IMG/VR virus record: IMGVR_UViG_3300043446_001791
Coordinates: 2,137-66,136 of that record
Length of the DNA: 64,000 nucleotides
Direction: 5' to 3' (one strand)
Source of the DNA: a virus
Lineage: Duplodnaviria; Caudoviricetes
Shown here: in pieces, positions 37,030-48,000 of the stretch
Layout: each line of letters starts with the position of its first letter
How positions within the stretch are numbered: position 1 is the first letter of the stretch
Program-made: the position numbers and the translations under genes
The notes under the pieces: model-generated
Database searches by the model: none
Seen by the model: the letters and a program-made list of their open reading frames with translations, nothing else
What the model was told of the DNA's origin: nothing

Positions 37030-38477
37030 GTAATTGAGTTATATTTATTAAAATACTCTTCTATCTCTATTCCTTTAAACTCTTTTGCTTCTTTATACAG
37101 TTTATCATATGCTTCTCTTGTTTGCAAATTAGAAACTGTATTATTTTTATTAAATTGTCCTGTTCCAACATAGGTTGTCATCCAAGACTGATATCCAAAT
37201 GTTTTATTATTATTTTTAATAATAAAATCAGATATACAATTATCATCTAATTCAGATAACACTATTTTGGCATATTCTGGAATAACATTTTTTTGTTTAA
37301 AGTTTTTCCAAAAGTCTGTGTCGTCTCTATCAGTTAAATAATGAATATATATAAAACCTAATAATTCTTTATTTTTTTCTAGTATTTTATTGTTATATTT
37401 TTCTATTACTGAATAATCTTTTTCTTCTATAAATTTATTTAAAAATTCATCAGATATAAAAAGACTCATCATATAAATTGTTAGCATAATTGAGGTTGCA
37501 TGTAATGGTTCAAAAAATCCAGATGCCAGTCCTACCGATAAACAATTTTTAATCCATGGTTGTTTATAATATCCTGAATTAAAATCAAAATGATTTACTA
37601 TTTTTATATCTTCTTTTTTAAATAATTGATATATTTCTTCTTCTGCTTGCTCTTTATTTATATATGAGGGATCATAAACATATCCACATCCATACCTATG
37701 CTTTAATGGCGTCTTCCAAACCCAGCCATATTTCATTGCAATTATTTCAGTACATAAGGAATAATTTTCATCTTGTGGTAAAAAGAATGCCAATGCTTTT
37801 GTGCACGGTAAACTTTCAGACGTATCTACCCATTCTGATTGCAAATGTTTTCCAACAACTAAATTTTTAAAGCCTGTTGCATCTATTACAAAGTTACAGT
37901 CGTAGGCTCCTTTTTCTGTATGCACCACACTTATGTTGCCATCAAATTCTCCAAAATATGTAAATACATCATCAACAACCTTTATTCCACGTAACTCGGA
38001 ATGTTTTCTAAAAAATTCAGCAAGTTTAATTGCATCTAAATGCCATCCTATATAAGGCCAGGTCAATGTATTTTTTTCTGTGGCAGCCAAGCCTTTATTT
38101 ATTTCATCAAGTGTTTTACCGTTAAACATTAACTCCATGGAAGCATTTTTAAAATTTGTTAAAATTATTTCTCTATTGTCTTGAGTATCGGCAACATAGT
38201 TTGTTAATGGATGGAAGTATGATTTATTGCTTTTAGACCATCCTGTAAATCTTATTCCATTTTTTAATGTTGCCCCTGTATGCTCTATAAATTCATCTAG
38301 TGGCAACTCTAACTCATCAAAGATATATTTAAAATTTGAAGTTGTTCCTTCTCCAGCACCTAAAACACCTATTTTAGAACTATCAATTATTGTAATGTCA
38401 GAGTTCTTATATTTATGCTTAATAGTAAGTGCTGCTAAATATCCAGCAGTACCGCCACCAATAACTACTATCTTCAT
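37026..38477 (-). CDS. Flavin-dependent (tryptophan) halogenase-family protein
   Basis: GGGTAG, GAGEGT, ATLKNGIRF (conserved Lys), IDATGF, GWVWKTP, GFFEPL. Confidence 0.85.
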   Translation of the reverse strand: MKIVVIGGGTAGYLAALTIKHKYKNSDITIIDSSKIGVLGAGEGTTSNFKYIFDELELPLDEFIEHTGATLKNGIRFTGWSKSNKSYFHPLTNYVADTQDNREIILTNFKNASMELMFNGKTLDEINKGLAATEKNTLTWPYIGWHLDAIKLAEFFRKHSELRGIKVVDDVFTYFGEFDGNISVVHTEKGAYDCNFVIDATGFKNLVVGKHLQSEWVDTSESLPCTKALAFFLPQDENYSLCTEIIAMKYGWVWKTPLKHRYGCGYVYDPSYINKEQAEEEIYQLFKKEDIKIVNHFDFNSGYYKQPWIKNCLSVGLASGFFEPLHATSIMLTIYMMSLFISDEFLNKFIEEKDYSVIEKYNNKILEKNKELLGFIYIHYLTDRDDTDFWKNFKQKNVIPEYAKIVLSELDDNCISDFIIKNNNKTFGYQSWMTTYVGTGQFNKNNTVSNLQTREAYDKLYKEAKEFKGIEIEEYFNKYNSIT

Positions 38478-38770
38478 AGAATTAAGCCGAAATACTTAGC
38501 AATATAAATAATAGCAAGTATAGACCACAATATATTAAACCATATGAGGGTTGGTATTGTTTTTACTGTTGAAGACCAGATCAAGCCGATGCTTGAAACT
38601 AAAGCAAAAATATACAGCCACCAAATCTCTTTGCCGAATAACAATCCAGGAAATATAATTGATGCTTTTGCAACAAATGCAAAAAATTCTACAGTATTTG
38701 CTTTTGTCCAATATTCTTTATGGCCCATTGTTTTTAATGCTTGTAGCCATTCCATATTATTTTTTTTCAT
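38474..38770 (-). CDS. Small membrane protein
   Basis: Three hydrophobic segments. Confidence 0.6.
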   Translation of the reverse strand: MKKNNMEWLQALKTMGHKEYWTKANTVEFFAFVAKASIIFPGLLFGKEIWWLYIFALVSSIGLIWSSTVKTIPTLIWFNILWSILAIIYIAKYFGLIL

Positions 38771-38771
38771 T

Positions 38772-39716
38772 TTAATTTAAAAGAGAGAGGATAGATTTAT
38801 CAAAATCATGATTTAATTTCATTATCTCTTCATCCTCCATTTCTCCGATATCCTTATATCTAGAATCTATATTAATGATAGAAATACTAGAGCCAAATCT
38901 TTTAATAAGTCTATCTTTCATATTTGAACCAGCCTCGTCATTGTCTGCAATAACAATTATATCAGAAAAATATTTTTCAAGTAGGTCTAACTGCTTAGTA
39001 GATACATTAGCACCTAAAGTTGCTACTGCTGGAAACCCTACCTGATCTAATCTTATTGCATCAAAAGAAGATTCAACTACATAAACCTTAGATGCAGTCT
39101 TTACTCTATTTAAATTAAACAATAACTTTGACTTAGGAAGTTTTGGAGTATTTTTAAAGTCTTTGCCTTCTATAGATCTTGCAACAAATCCTACACATAA
39201 TCCTTCATGATTATGCACTGGAATAGATATCATATCTTGTGTTTCAGAATATCCCAATTTAAACTTTATTACAGAGTCCTTTGTAATTTTTCTTTTAACA
39301 AAATATTCTTTTGCTCTTTCAGAAACAAGAGCCTGTTCATGTAATCTTTGAACTATAGAAAAATCAAACTCTGTCCACTCTTCTTTTTCTACTAATTTAG
39401 AATTTATCTCAGATAAAATATCTACCTCAACTTCTTTACTTTTGATAAATCTAACAGATTCAAAATATGTCCTGTTTGAAAAATGCATTACCAACTCTAT
39501 TAGGTCTGCAGTTTTTCCACAAGAAAAACAAAAAAATAAACCACTATACTTATTTATTTCTCCAGCAGGGGTTCGATGGTTTGCATGAAATGGACAAAAT
39601 ACTATATACTCAGACTCTGATTCTTTTTCTACAGTTACGCCAGACCCTGAGAGTACTCTTTTAACTTGGCTGGCTGTGTATAAATTGGTCTGGTTCCGTC
39701 TATCCCTAGTATCCAT
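38772..39716 (-). CDS. DNA primase (CHC2 Zn finger plus TOPRIM)
   Basis: CPFH...CFSC, VVESSFD, ADNDEAG, KDIGE. Confidence 0.9.
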   Translation of the reverse strand: MDTRDRRNQTNLYTASQVKRVLSGSGVTVEKESESEYIVFCPFHANHRTPAGEINKYSGLFFCFSCGKTADLIELVMHFSNRTYFESVRFIKSKEVEVDILSEINSKLVEKEEWTEFDFSIVQRLHEQALVSERAKEYFVKRKITKDSVIKFKLGYSETQDMISIPVHNHEGLCVGFVARSIEGKDFKNTPKLPKSKLLFNLNRVKTASKVYVVESSFDAIRLDQVGFPAVATLGANVSTKQLDLLEKYFSDIIVIADNDEAGSNMKDRLIKRFGSSISIINIDSRYKDIGEMEDEEIMKLNHDFDKSILSLLN

Positions 39717-39961
39717 TCTGCCTTTTTTCTCCCTATATATATTCCATATACGCTTAATGCAAATTCAAAATAATTTTTTTGTTCATTATAAGATAATGTA
39801 AATTCTGGATCAATATCAAATCTTGGAGCATATCCAGATAGGCGCATTTCTGATACCAGTAATCTGATATATTCTTGCTGCAGTCTGTATATGGCTGAGT
39901 CATCTGCTATGATTCCGTCTAGCCCAAACCGCTTTATCGCCTTGTGCGGAAATGTTTCCAT
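39635..39961 (-). CDS. Hypothetical protein
   Basis: ORF track; TATAAT 7 nt upstream. Confidence 0.6.
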   Translation of the reverse strand: METFPHKAIKRFGLDGIIADDSAIYRLQQEYIRLLVSEMRLSGYAPRFDIDPEFTLSYNEQKNYFEFALSVYGIYIGRKKAEWILGIDGTRPIYTQPAKLKEYSQGLA

Positions 39962-39969
39962 GTTGCATA

Positions 39970-41196
39970 TTATACTGACTTATCTTCATAATCCTTATAC
40001 CTATAATATCCCTTGTCAAAATCAGCCTGAACTAAGAATTCTCCCATAAAACCGTTACGATTCTTACGGAATACACATTCAATAATATCGCTATTATTCC
40101 CTCTACCCAACGCAAGCACCCAGTCGGCATCATAAGCAATTTGGCGTGACCATGCGGTTTGACCAAGGGTTGGTACGGTTTCAAGTTTAGTAACGTCATC
40201 TGGAGTAGCAGAGGAAATAGCAATAATTGGTACCTCTTCTGCAATTGCCATTAATTTTAATTCACGAGATAGATTTTTCATACGAATAGTTTCGTTATCA
40301 GACTTTTGATTTGGAGACATTAACTGCAAATAGTCAACAATAACAAAGTCTGGTTTATATTGATCAATCTTTCCTCGTAAAACTAATGGCGTAATATCGC
40401 CGCCAGTATCATTAGATATAATATGAAACTCTGGTTTACCGCTAACATGTTTAGTATGCCAAGACTTTAACATATCCATCTCAACCTGTCCAGCACTTAA
40501 CTTTCTATGAGACCATACTCCCTCGCCCATAATTGCAAATACACGATTGCGAACTTCTACTTCAGACATTTCAAGACTTATGATCATTGGGCTACGACCC
40601 TGTTTCCAAGCCTGTACGGCGAAATAGAGAGACAACCATGACTTTCCTATGCCTGGATATGCAAGAAAGACTCCTAACTGCCCTGGCATGATCCCAGACG
40701 GTAAATAATTATCAAATCCTGGAAGTCCAGTTTTAATTCCTAGTGCTCCAGCCTCTTGCTGCTTCTTTAAATTTTCAAAATATGCAACAGCAGAATCTAA
40801 ATCTGTCACATCAATATCACGAATTGCTGCTGTATTTTTCCTTAGTTCTGCAGTTTTTGTAATTAAAGATTCAAGTGCATCAATGCCTTGTCCGCCCTGC
40901 ACATCTGTTGCAGCAGATCTAATAATATCTTTAAGACTATTTGTAAGGTATTCTGCCTGTAGTTCTTCTAAATGATGCTTAGTAGATCCTATATTATCAA
41001 CTAATTCAAAATCTCTAAATTTTTCTATAACTAATTCTGTTGGAGGCACTGTGGCATTGTGCTCATAATACTTTCTAATAAACTGCCATACATCTACGTG
41101 TGTAATTAAAATGTTTTCTATATTTGCTTGTAGTAAAACATGGGCTTGCTTATCTTTTAATACGGCTGAAATTAATTTGGATTCTGTATTATTCAT
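39970..41196 (-). CDS. dnaB: DnaB-like replicative helicase
   Basis: AYPGIGKS, SLEMS, IVDYLQLM, IAYDAD, KNRNG. Confidence 0.92.
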   Translation of the reverse strand: MNNTESKLISAVLKDKQAHVLLQANIENILITHVDVWQFIRKYYEHNATVPPTELVIEKFRDFELVDNIGSTKHHLEELQAEYLTNSLKDIIRSAATDVQGGQGIDALESLITKTAELRKNTAAIRDIDVTDLDSAVAYFENLKKQQEAGALGIKTGLPGFDNYLPSGIMPGQLGVFLAYPGIGKSWLSLYFAVQAWKQGRSPMIISLEMSEVEVRNRVFAIMGEGVWSHRKLSAGQVEMDMLKSWHTKHVSGKPEFHIISNDTGGDITPLVLRGKIDQYKPDFVIVDYLQLMSPNQKSDNETIRMKNLSRELKLMAIAEEVPIIAISSATPDDVTKLETVPTLGQTAWSRQIAYDADWVLALGRGNNSDIIECVFRKNRNGFMGEFLVQADFDKGYYRYKDYEDKSV

Positions 41197-41497
41197 CCAA
41201 CCACTCCTTAGCCTTTTTCCTGCGCTCTGCTCTATCTTCTATATCTTTTACATATTGCTGCTTTGCTTCTAGTATATCATGTGCTATGTATGCAAAATGA
41301 TTCCATGTTGGATTTTCTGTTACATCAAAATAATACTCTAGTAGTTCATAGCAAAGATCAAGTCCATAGGACTCGATAAGTGCATCAGCAGACCACTGCT
41401 CAACCCACTTATTGTATTGTGGCTTCTGTCCTAGTTTAAACTTATAGTGTTTATCAAACCTACTTAACAGAGCCAGTCGCTTCTGTTTGTCTGTCAC
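41189..41497 (-). CDS. Hypothetical protein
   Basis: ORF track. Confidence 0.6.
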   Translation of the reverse strand: MTDKQKRLALLSRFDKHYKFKLGQKPQYNKWVEQWSADALIESYGLDLCYELLEYYFDVTENPTWNHFAYIAHDILEAKQQYVKDIEDRAERRKKAKEWLDE

Positions 41498-41498
41498 A

Positions 41499-41738
41499 CT
41501 AATTGCTTTCTTCTAGTTCAACCTTTGCTTCTGAGATTTTTTCTGTTAATTTGTCTTCAACAAATTTGTATACACGTTCAAAAGCCTGATCTGTATTTTC
41601 TCCATCACGCTTTGAATCTACAACGCCTAAATCTAATCTTAATGATTGAAAGTTTCCAAGATTGATTGTATAGCCAAGCGTTACTGATACTTTAGTATCG
41701 TCCATTTCATACCCTTCTGTTATATTGACTCTGACCAA
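41499..41738 (-). CDS. Hypothetical protein (true start may be near 41705)
   Basis: ORF track; VTLGYTINLGNFQSLRLD. Confidence 0.6.
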   Translation of the reverse strand: MVRVNITEGYEMDDTKVSVTLGYTINLGNFQSLRLDLGVVDSKRDGENTDQAFERVYKFVEDKLTEKISEAKVELEESN

Positions 41739-42262
41739 ATTGGTATAAACCTACCGTCTTCGGTCTTCGTATATGTAAGTATACCATCTCCCATTCGTCT
41801 GGTCAACTCAGCCTTTGTTGGAGTGATATCATTTGTTATTAAATTATCTTTTCTTGGTCTACCAATATGGTACGTAGCCAGTATATCACGAATCTCTCTA
41901 ACTTGCGATTCAGAGTAATAAGATCTTACTTGCCATCCACGCTTACCGTCTTTTTGTGCTCCAATAGGATTTGGAATAATTCCACGTTTCATTAATGTCG
42001 GCATATATTTTCTATGTCTATTGACAAGATCTGCAGTTTCTGATACAGTATATGCTCTTTCTCTTTTATTTTTAAATTCTTTTATTAAACAACTTTCAGT
42101 TTTATCTTTTGTTATATTATAAATTGACATTATGCCATTTGATCTGTTATAATGAATAACCCTAACTAAATTTTTATTTAAAAACCAAATTTTTTTACTT
42201 CCTACAATTACAGGGGAGAGGTTGTAATCTTCGCTCGATCTAATTCCTTTTTTAATAGCCAT
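41720..42262 (-). CDS. MerR-like HTH DNA-binding protein
   Basis: YTVSETADLVNRH...RGIIP...RSYYSESQV. Confidence 0.6.
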   Translation of the reverse strand: MAIKKGIRSSEDYNLSPVIVGSKKIWFLNKNLVRVIHYNRSNGIMSIYNITKDKTESCLIKEFKNKRERAYTVSETADLVNRHRKYMPTLMKRGIIPNPIGAQKDGKRGWQVRSYYSESQVREIRDILATYHIGRPRKDNLITNDITPTKAELTRRMGDGILTYTKTEDGRFIPIWSESI

Positions 42263-42399
42263 CTGCCTTCCTCTGTCTCAGACGGTGGATGAAAAAATCT
42301 TCTTGATCCACAAATAAAACAATATATTTCTACATGAGAAAGAGAAGTAAAAACTCTGTCTATCATCATATATCTTGAACATTTTTTACATCTAATCAT
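42208..42399 (-). CDS. Small Zn-ribbon protein
   Basis: CKKC...CFICG. Confidence 0.6.
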   Translation of the reverse strand: MIRCKKCSRYMMIDRVFTSLSHVEIYCFICGSRRFFHPPSETEEGRWLLKKELDRAKITTSPL

Positions 42400-42842
42400 T
42401 AATTGGGCATACCGACGATAATTAAATTAACGCCAATAGAAACATCTCCGCTAGAGTTAAAGTTAACAACGCCATCTACCTTTGATGTTGTAATACTTTT
42501 TATTACAACTGAAACATTTTTACCTGCTTCTGTTCCGCCAATATTTATTGGAGTAGCAGTTACTATTGGAGCAAACTTAAAGTCTGCTGCAAAACTATAA
42601 GAAAATGGTTGCTGACTTCCTACACTTTGATTTGAACTTTTAATAACATCTGTATATCCTGCAATAATTCTAGTTTCAGAAGCCTTAGCATTTTGAGATA
42701 CGCCTCCAGGAACATCTACTGTGACATATTTATATATTGCTGGTGAAACCTGAAGTGATAACTCATTAATTGCATTAGCAATTTGATAAATATATGAAAC
42801 ATCAAGTGGTTGACCTAATTCTGGTAATGGTATTTTTGCCAT
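42399..42842 (-). CDS. Putative minor tail/virion protein
   Basis: End of tail module; beta-rich. Confidence 0.5.
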   Translation of the reverse strand: MAKIPLPELGQPLDVSYIYQIANAINELSLQVSPAIYKYVTVDVPGGVSQNAKASETRIIAGYTDVIKSSNQSVGSQQPFSYSFAADFKFAPIVTATPINIGGTEAGKNVSVVIKSITTSKVDGVVNFNSSGDVSIGVNLIIVGMPN

Positions 42843-42858
42843 GATTCCTCCTGTCTAA

Positions 42859-43299
42859 TTATATCAGACTTCCCTCATTTTCAAATAATGTTGCATTGCT
42901 AAATTTTTGTAGAGGAATTGTCTTTGTTTGAATTGCAACATTTATATATTCTTTGTCTGGTGAATATACTATAGAATAATTTGTTTGAGATGTTTTTGAA
43001 TAATAATTCCAGTTTCCGTTGTTCCATTTAACATATATATAGTATTCCTCAATATTTGTTTGAGGTTCCCATGTTAAATTAATAACACGATTAGTTGTAT
43101 CAATTATTAAACTATTTAAAATTTCTACTGGAGTATCTTCAGCAATTATTTTATATACTGGAGACCAGTGGGAAGTTCTATTTTTATCTTCAGAAATAAA
43201 CCTATACTTTAAAATATATGTTTTATTATCTCCAAAAAATCCTGGCAACTTAGATTTAGGTATGATAATTTTTTTAATACCTTGATCTGGTGTCGACAT
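42859..43299 (-). CDS. Putative minor tail protein (Fn3/Ig-like)
   Basis: Position; INLTWEP...YYIY pattern. Confidence 0.5.
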   Translation of the reverse strand: MSTPDQGIKKIIIPKSKLPGFFGDNKTYILKYRFISEDKNRTSHWSPVYKIIAEDTPVEILNSLIIDTTNRVINLTWEPQTNIEEYYIYVKWNNGNWNYYSKTSQTNYSIVYSPDKEYINVAIQTKTIPLQKFSNATLFENEGSLI

Positions 43300-44408
43300 T
43301 ATTGCACATCCATTGCAAATCTAAACTCTATATAGTTTGTAGTATTTGCAGCCTTAATGATAGTTGCTGCATTAGCATTTTTTAAAACAGTATACCCAGT
43401 TAATCCATAAACTGGATTTGTTGTAGAAATATTTTCAAACCTAATTGCATCTAATCCAACATAAAAATCTGAAGACGGTGCGTTATTATTAATTATTGTT
43501 GTATATATTTTTACAATACTAACATTATTCCATGTGAAACCTGTACTTTTGTATAGTTCTTGTAACTCTTTTGTTATTACATAATATCTATTATTTGCAA
43601 AATCATAATCATTTGCATTCATTACTACCTCAAATCTAGCCCACTGACCAGAGCCAGACTCGTCTGTTTCAGAAAACTCTAATAATATACGTACTTCATC
43701 TGGAATAATTGATGGATCTGGATCTTTATTTATTATACTAAATGCTAATTTAATTTGATCGGTTGGTATATTTTTATTAAAATCCAAGGATGTTCCCAAT
43801 AAATGTATATGATCTGATTCAGAATTTATTTGTAAATGATTGTCCGATACCGTTAAATTTGCTGAATCACCCCTCATCATAACTATATTATTAAAGAATC
43901 TTGCTCGTTCATATCTAGATGTCCTATTGGAATCAGTAAATACAACATTGTCTGAGTTTGTCTGAAATGCTTTAAGAGTTTGGTCTATAGTATTGTTTGC
44001 TCCTAAAGGCTCATAAATCACATCTAATTTAGTAGAAGATGTTTGATTATGATATTCCCAGTTTTCATTTACAGTAAAAGCAAACAAAGATCTAGAATCA
44101 TACGCTCCAGCAGATGGATTGGCTCCAGCAGAATATATTCCAACTTCTGATATTTCATATCTTTCGTCAGTAGGCAACTCTGCAGTCAACACAATTTTTT
44201 CTACTCCGCCGTCATTAACATATCCTCTTGAAACAATAGGAACTCTAAACATTTCAAAATCTAAACTTTCTTTATTTGAATAATCTGCAAATGGCTGAGT
44301 AGTATTTAGTGGTTTTGCTCCGCATCCTACTGCAATATAAGACGCATAGGCAGGGGCCTGCCCTATAAGATATTTGGCTAAAATGCCTTTTCCAATGTTA
44401 GTAATCAT
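43299..44408 (-). CDS. Putative minor tail/baseplate protein
   Basis: MITNIGK...IAVG...SEVGIY N-terminus typical of tail-fibre/baseplate proteins. Confidence 0.6.
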   Translation of the reverse strand: MITNIGKGILAKYLIGQAPAYASYIAVGCGAKPLNTTQPFADYSNKESLDFEMFRVPIVSRGYVNDGGVEKIVLTAELPTDERYEISEVGIYSAGANPSAGAYDSRSLFAFTVNENWEYHNQTSSTKLDVIYEPLGANNTIDQTLKAFQTNSDNVVFTDSNRTSRYERARFFNNIVMMRGDSANLTVSDNHLQINSESDHIHLLGTSLDFNKNIPTDQIKLAFSIINKDPDPSIIPDEVRILLEFSETDESGSGQWARFEVVMNANDYDFANNRYYVITKELQELYKSTGFTWNNVSIVKIYTTIINNNAPSSDFYVGLDAIRFENISTTNPVYGLTGYTVLKNANAATIIKAANTTNYIEFRFAMDVQ

Positions 44409-44410
44409 AT

Positions 44411-45049
44411 TTACACCTCATATATTGTATCATCTAATACTATCCCGTCAGATATGATAGAGACCTCTACTTGTTCATCTTTGGCTAAATTAATAACATT
44501 AATTATTAAATCACCAGTTTCTTCATCAATATATACTATAGAGCAGTTTGGACCAGTGCCACATTCTGGTATTTTGCTAGAAAAATTGATTGGAAATTGT
44601 TTGAAATAGTTTGAATCTATATCTTGTAAGCCTAAAATATTTTGTGGATTGTATTGAAAATATACACTACTTAAATTTTTAATTGGCTGATATAAAATGT
44701 TCTGTCCGTTAACCAAATCTGATCTTACTATATTAATTAATTCTTGGCCTCCTATATTTTCAAATATAAGATCTGTCATTATATCTACTGGAAGGGTATC
44801 ATCTTTAAATAAGATTAGGTCAGTTGTTGCAGGCTTTACACTTCCATCTACTGTGCCATTTGGGTATAATACAGTTGGGTCATCTGGTATTGCATTTAAT
44901 CCACTTATATAGTCTGCAAACTCTTGAAGTTGTGCAGCACTAGTTACCCTTTTTGCACTGCCATTTTTCCAAGACATCTTTTCTTCGTGCGTAGGGGCAA
45001 TTGGATAATCATCATAAACTATTTTTCCGTCGCCAGTAAAATATACCAT
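44411..45049 (-). CDS. Putative minor tail protein
   Basis: Position in tail module; GAGGTG RBS before MVYF. Confidence 0.55.
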   Translation of the reverse strand: MVYFTGDGKIVYDDYPIAPTHEEKMSWKNGSAKRVTSAAQLQEFADYISGLNAIPDDPTVLYPNGTVDGSVKPATTDLILFKDDTLPVDIMTDLIFENIGGQELINIVRSDLVNGQNILYQPIKNLSSVYFQYNPQNILGLQDIDSNYFKQFPINFSSKIPECGTGPNCSIVYIDEETGDLIINVINLAKDEQVEVSIISDGIVLDDTIYEV

Positions 45050-45050
45050 C

Positions 45051-48000
45051 CTACACCTCACTTAAATATAGTGTCATATTGGGACCACCTATATCCTTTT
45101 GATAGTCTATATTATAAACTACGAACTTTGACTCTGGAGAAACAATAACATCTAGATTATTTTCATTTTTATATTCTATATTAACTATATCTCCTAATTG
45201 TATAATTGGCAAATTAAATACTTTAAGCCCTACACTTTTTCTTGGTTTCATAATTTTTTGTATGATCCAAGACATTAGGTCTTTTGCGTCGTCTTCAGAT
45301 TGGATATATGGTGGCTCTATAGAAAATTCTTTTTTACCATATGTTAATCTACTTGTTTTTATTTTATCAAAATCTTGTTGTGTTTTAATTGGTGAAATAA
45401 TTAAACCATCTTTACCAATTTCTGGATCAGAAAAGTTACTATTTTTAGCAAAATAATTATCTACCGTTAACTCATTTTCTGATTGTTGTGTAAATGTTAT
45501 TCCCTGTATTCTCAAATAGTTTCCGCTAGTTTCATCTAAATTAATTGCAGTATCTGTAGAATTAAATATTAAGAATTCTGCTCCGTATGAACCAGCCCTA
45601 AAACCAGATACAGTATATCCTTTAATTCTATTAAATGTAGGAGATAGTTGTGCGTATAATGCTGGAAATGCCTTATCATATCTAATTTTTAAATACGCTG
45701 CTTCTCTCATTATGCTTCCAAACTCTTCAAAATAAATATTAAACTTAGGAGGTTGGCTTGGACTGATTCCAGAAAGATACGTTGATTGAATAATTCCAGA
45801 CATTGCATATTTTCTAAATGACTCATTTGCATTAATTTCGTTATCTCCAAACGCTGCTGACACTGGAGTGTCTAATGAAAAAACAGTGTTTTGACTATAG
45901 TTATTAGTTAATGCATATATATTTTCAAACATACATTTTGACCCGCCACGTACAAATAAAGCCATATTATTATAAATTGGAGTGGGTGCCTCGTCATCTA
46001 TAATTCCTACTATTTGATTATTAATATATAAGTAAAATTTTCTAATAGATCCAACATCTTGATATTCTACTGCTAAATCATATACTGTTGGATTGTCTTC
46101 GCCCATTAATCTTGACTGTCCAGTAAAATTACCGTCGTCCACAATTATATTTGTAAATCCGCCCCAAAGTTTTATTGGTATTGCCTTACCTTCTGGATCA
46201 GACAAAACTTTATAGAAAACTACATTATGAAGATTTTCTGCTGCAGTTGAGTATTCACTAACATTCTTTTCTGTTAAAGATATAATTTCAAAATAATATC
46301 CAACATTAGTGTTTGGGTTTAGTAAAACAGCAATACCCCCAGAACCACCAGATATATTAAGGCTTTGATTAGGCTGTGATCCAGGAAGTACATAATACGG
46401 TGTGGAATTTAATGGTGTCTGTCCACGTGTCTCACTTGATTCAATTTTGCCAACAATTCTCATTCTTGTTCCAAAATGCTTATATCTATTATCTAATGCT
46501 TTGTATTGATATGATAAAAAGTCAATTGGTTGTTCTGTATTTGGAAATGACGGGCCAGACATTACTAATGCTGAGGACTGAACGGACCCAGTTTGTGTAG
46601 ACTTTATGGTATTATTTTGTGTTTCTTTTGTAAAGGATGTAGATAAAAAGTTTTTAATAACTCCAGTTCTTTTGTTTTCTTTAGATCTAATATTATTTAC
46701 TCCAGCAGGACCCTCTCCTAATACTATCTGTTCTCCTAAACTATTTACTAATTCATCTTTTCCTTTTGCTATATATTCTAAGCCAAAAAGATATTTGCTA
46801 TCCATGTCCATTCCACGTACATACAGATCATTACTCCAGTATGAATCTAGTCCAGCCTTGTGAGAAAGTATTGGCGTTCCAAACTGACCTCTTCCATGTC
46901 TGGAAACATTGCCATTTTTCATAACAGTTCTTCCGTTTATATCTTCATATTTTGGTTCAGAATAAATACGAACCAATCCAGTAGGATATATTTTTCCATT
47001 AAATGTTAGTTTACCCATATAGTTTTGATATTCTTGATTACTGCTAATCCAAACGTTTCCAACAGCACCTACTGTTGTTGTTGTAAAATTAATTTTTCCA
47101 TTACTATCTTCTGTTGTGATTATTTTTTCTGCTCCAGGAATACTGTATTGAACTGCATCAAATCTTATAATTTCTCCATTTGCATAAAAATATCCTGCGT
47201 GTCTACCTAGCCAATAAACTGCCTCTCCAAGATCTATTGTATTGTTTGTTATTTGATTTCCAACTACGAATGGAACATTTTCAGATAAATCAGAGTTTAA
47301 TGGAATAGCAGATAGGCTATAGGCAGATTGACTTTGAGCCTCTCCATTGATTGATCTTAATGGCGTATCCCCAGTTACCTCCCATAAGAGAACTGGTTTG
47401 TATATCCAATTTTTTGCTGCAGCCTCATTGTCTATCATGCTTGCTTGTTTAATTGTTCCATACGATCTTTGAATATATCTTGACTTATAGTTAATTTTTC
47501 CATCATTAAAAACATTTTTATCGCTAGAGGCTATGTCTACAATATTAGTTAATTTAATATTTTTATTTTTATTTCTTATTTCATTATCTTTAATGAAATC
47601 GTTTGATCCATAAAAAGTAAATTGTATATCTCTTTCAGAGTCTGAGGGAAGCATATAATTTTTACTCATCATAACAAAATTATTATATTCATCAAAAAAC
47701 ATTGCCGTTTGTGTAGATACTGCTAAATCATTTAAAACTTCGGCTACAGTTTTGTCTGGACCAATATAAAAAAATGGAATTATTAATTCTTTTTCTCCAG
47801 AAACTCTTTTAAAGGTATAGTTAGAAAATCCTACAGAGTCTAAAAGAAGTGATACAGCATAACTTAGTGAGACATTAGTAACAAGTATTTGTGGTGCAAG
47901 AATTGATTCAAAATAAAAGTATAAATCTCTTAACTCTAAAGTTACCTTTCTATCGTTTGGATTATATTTTGGAAATGCATCACAATATAATGTTTTTATT

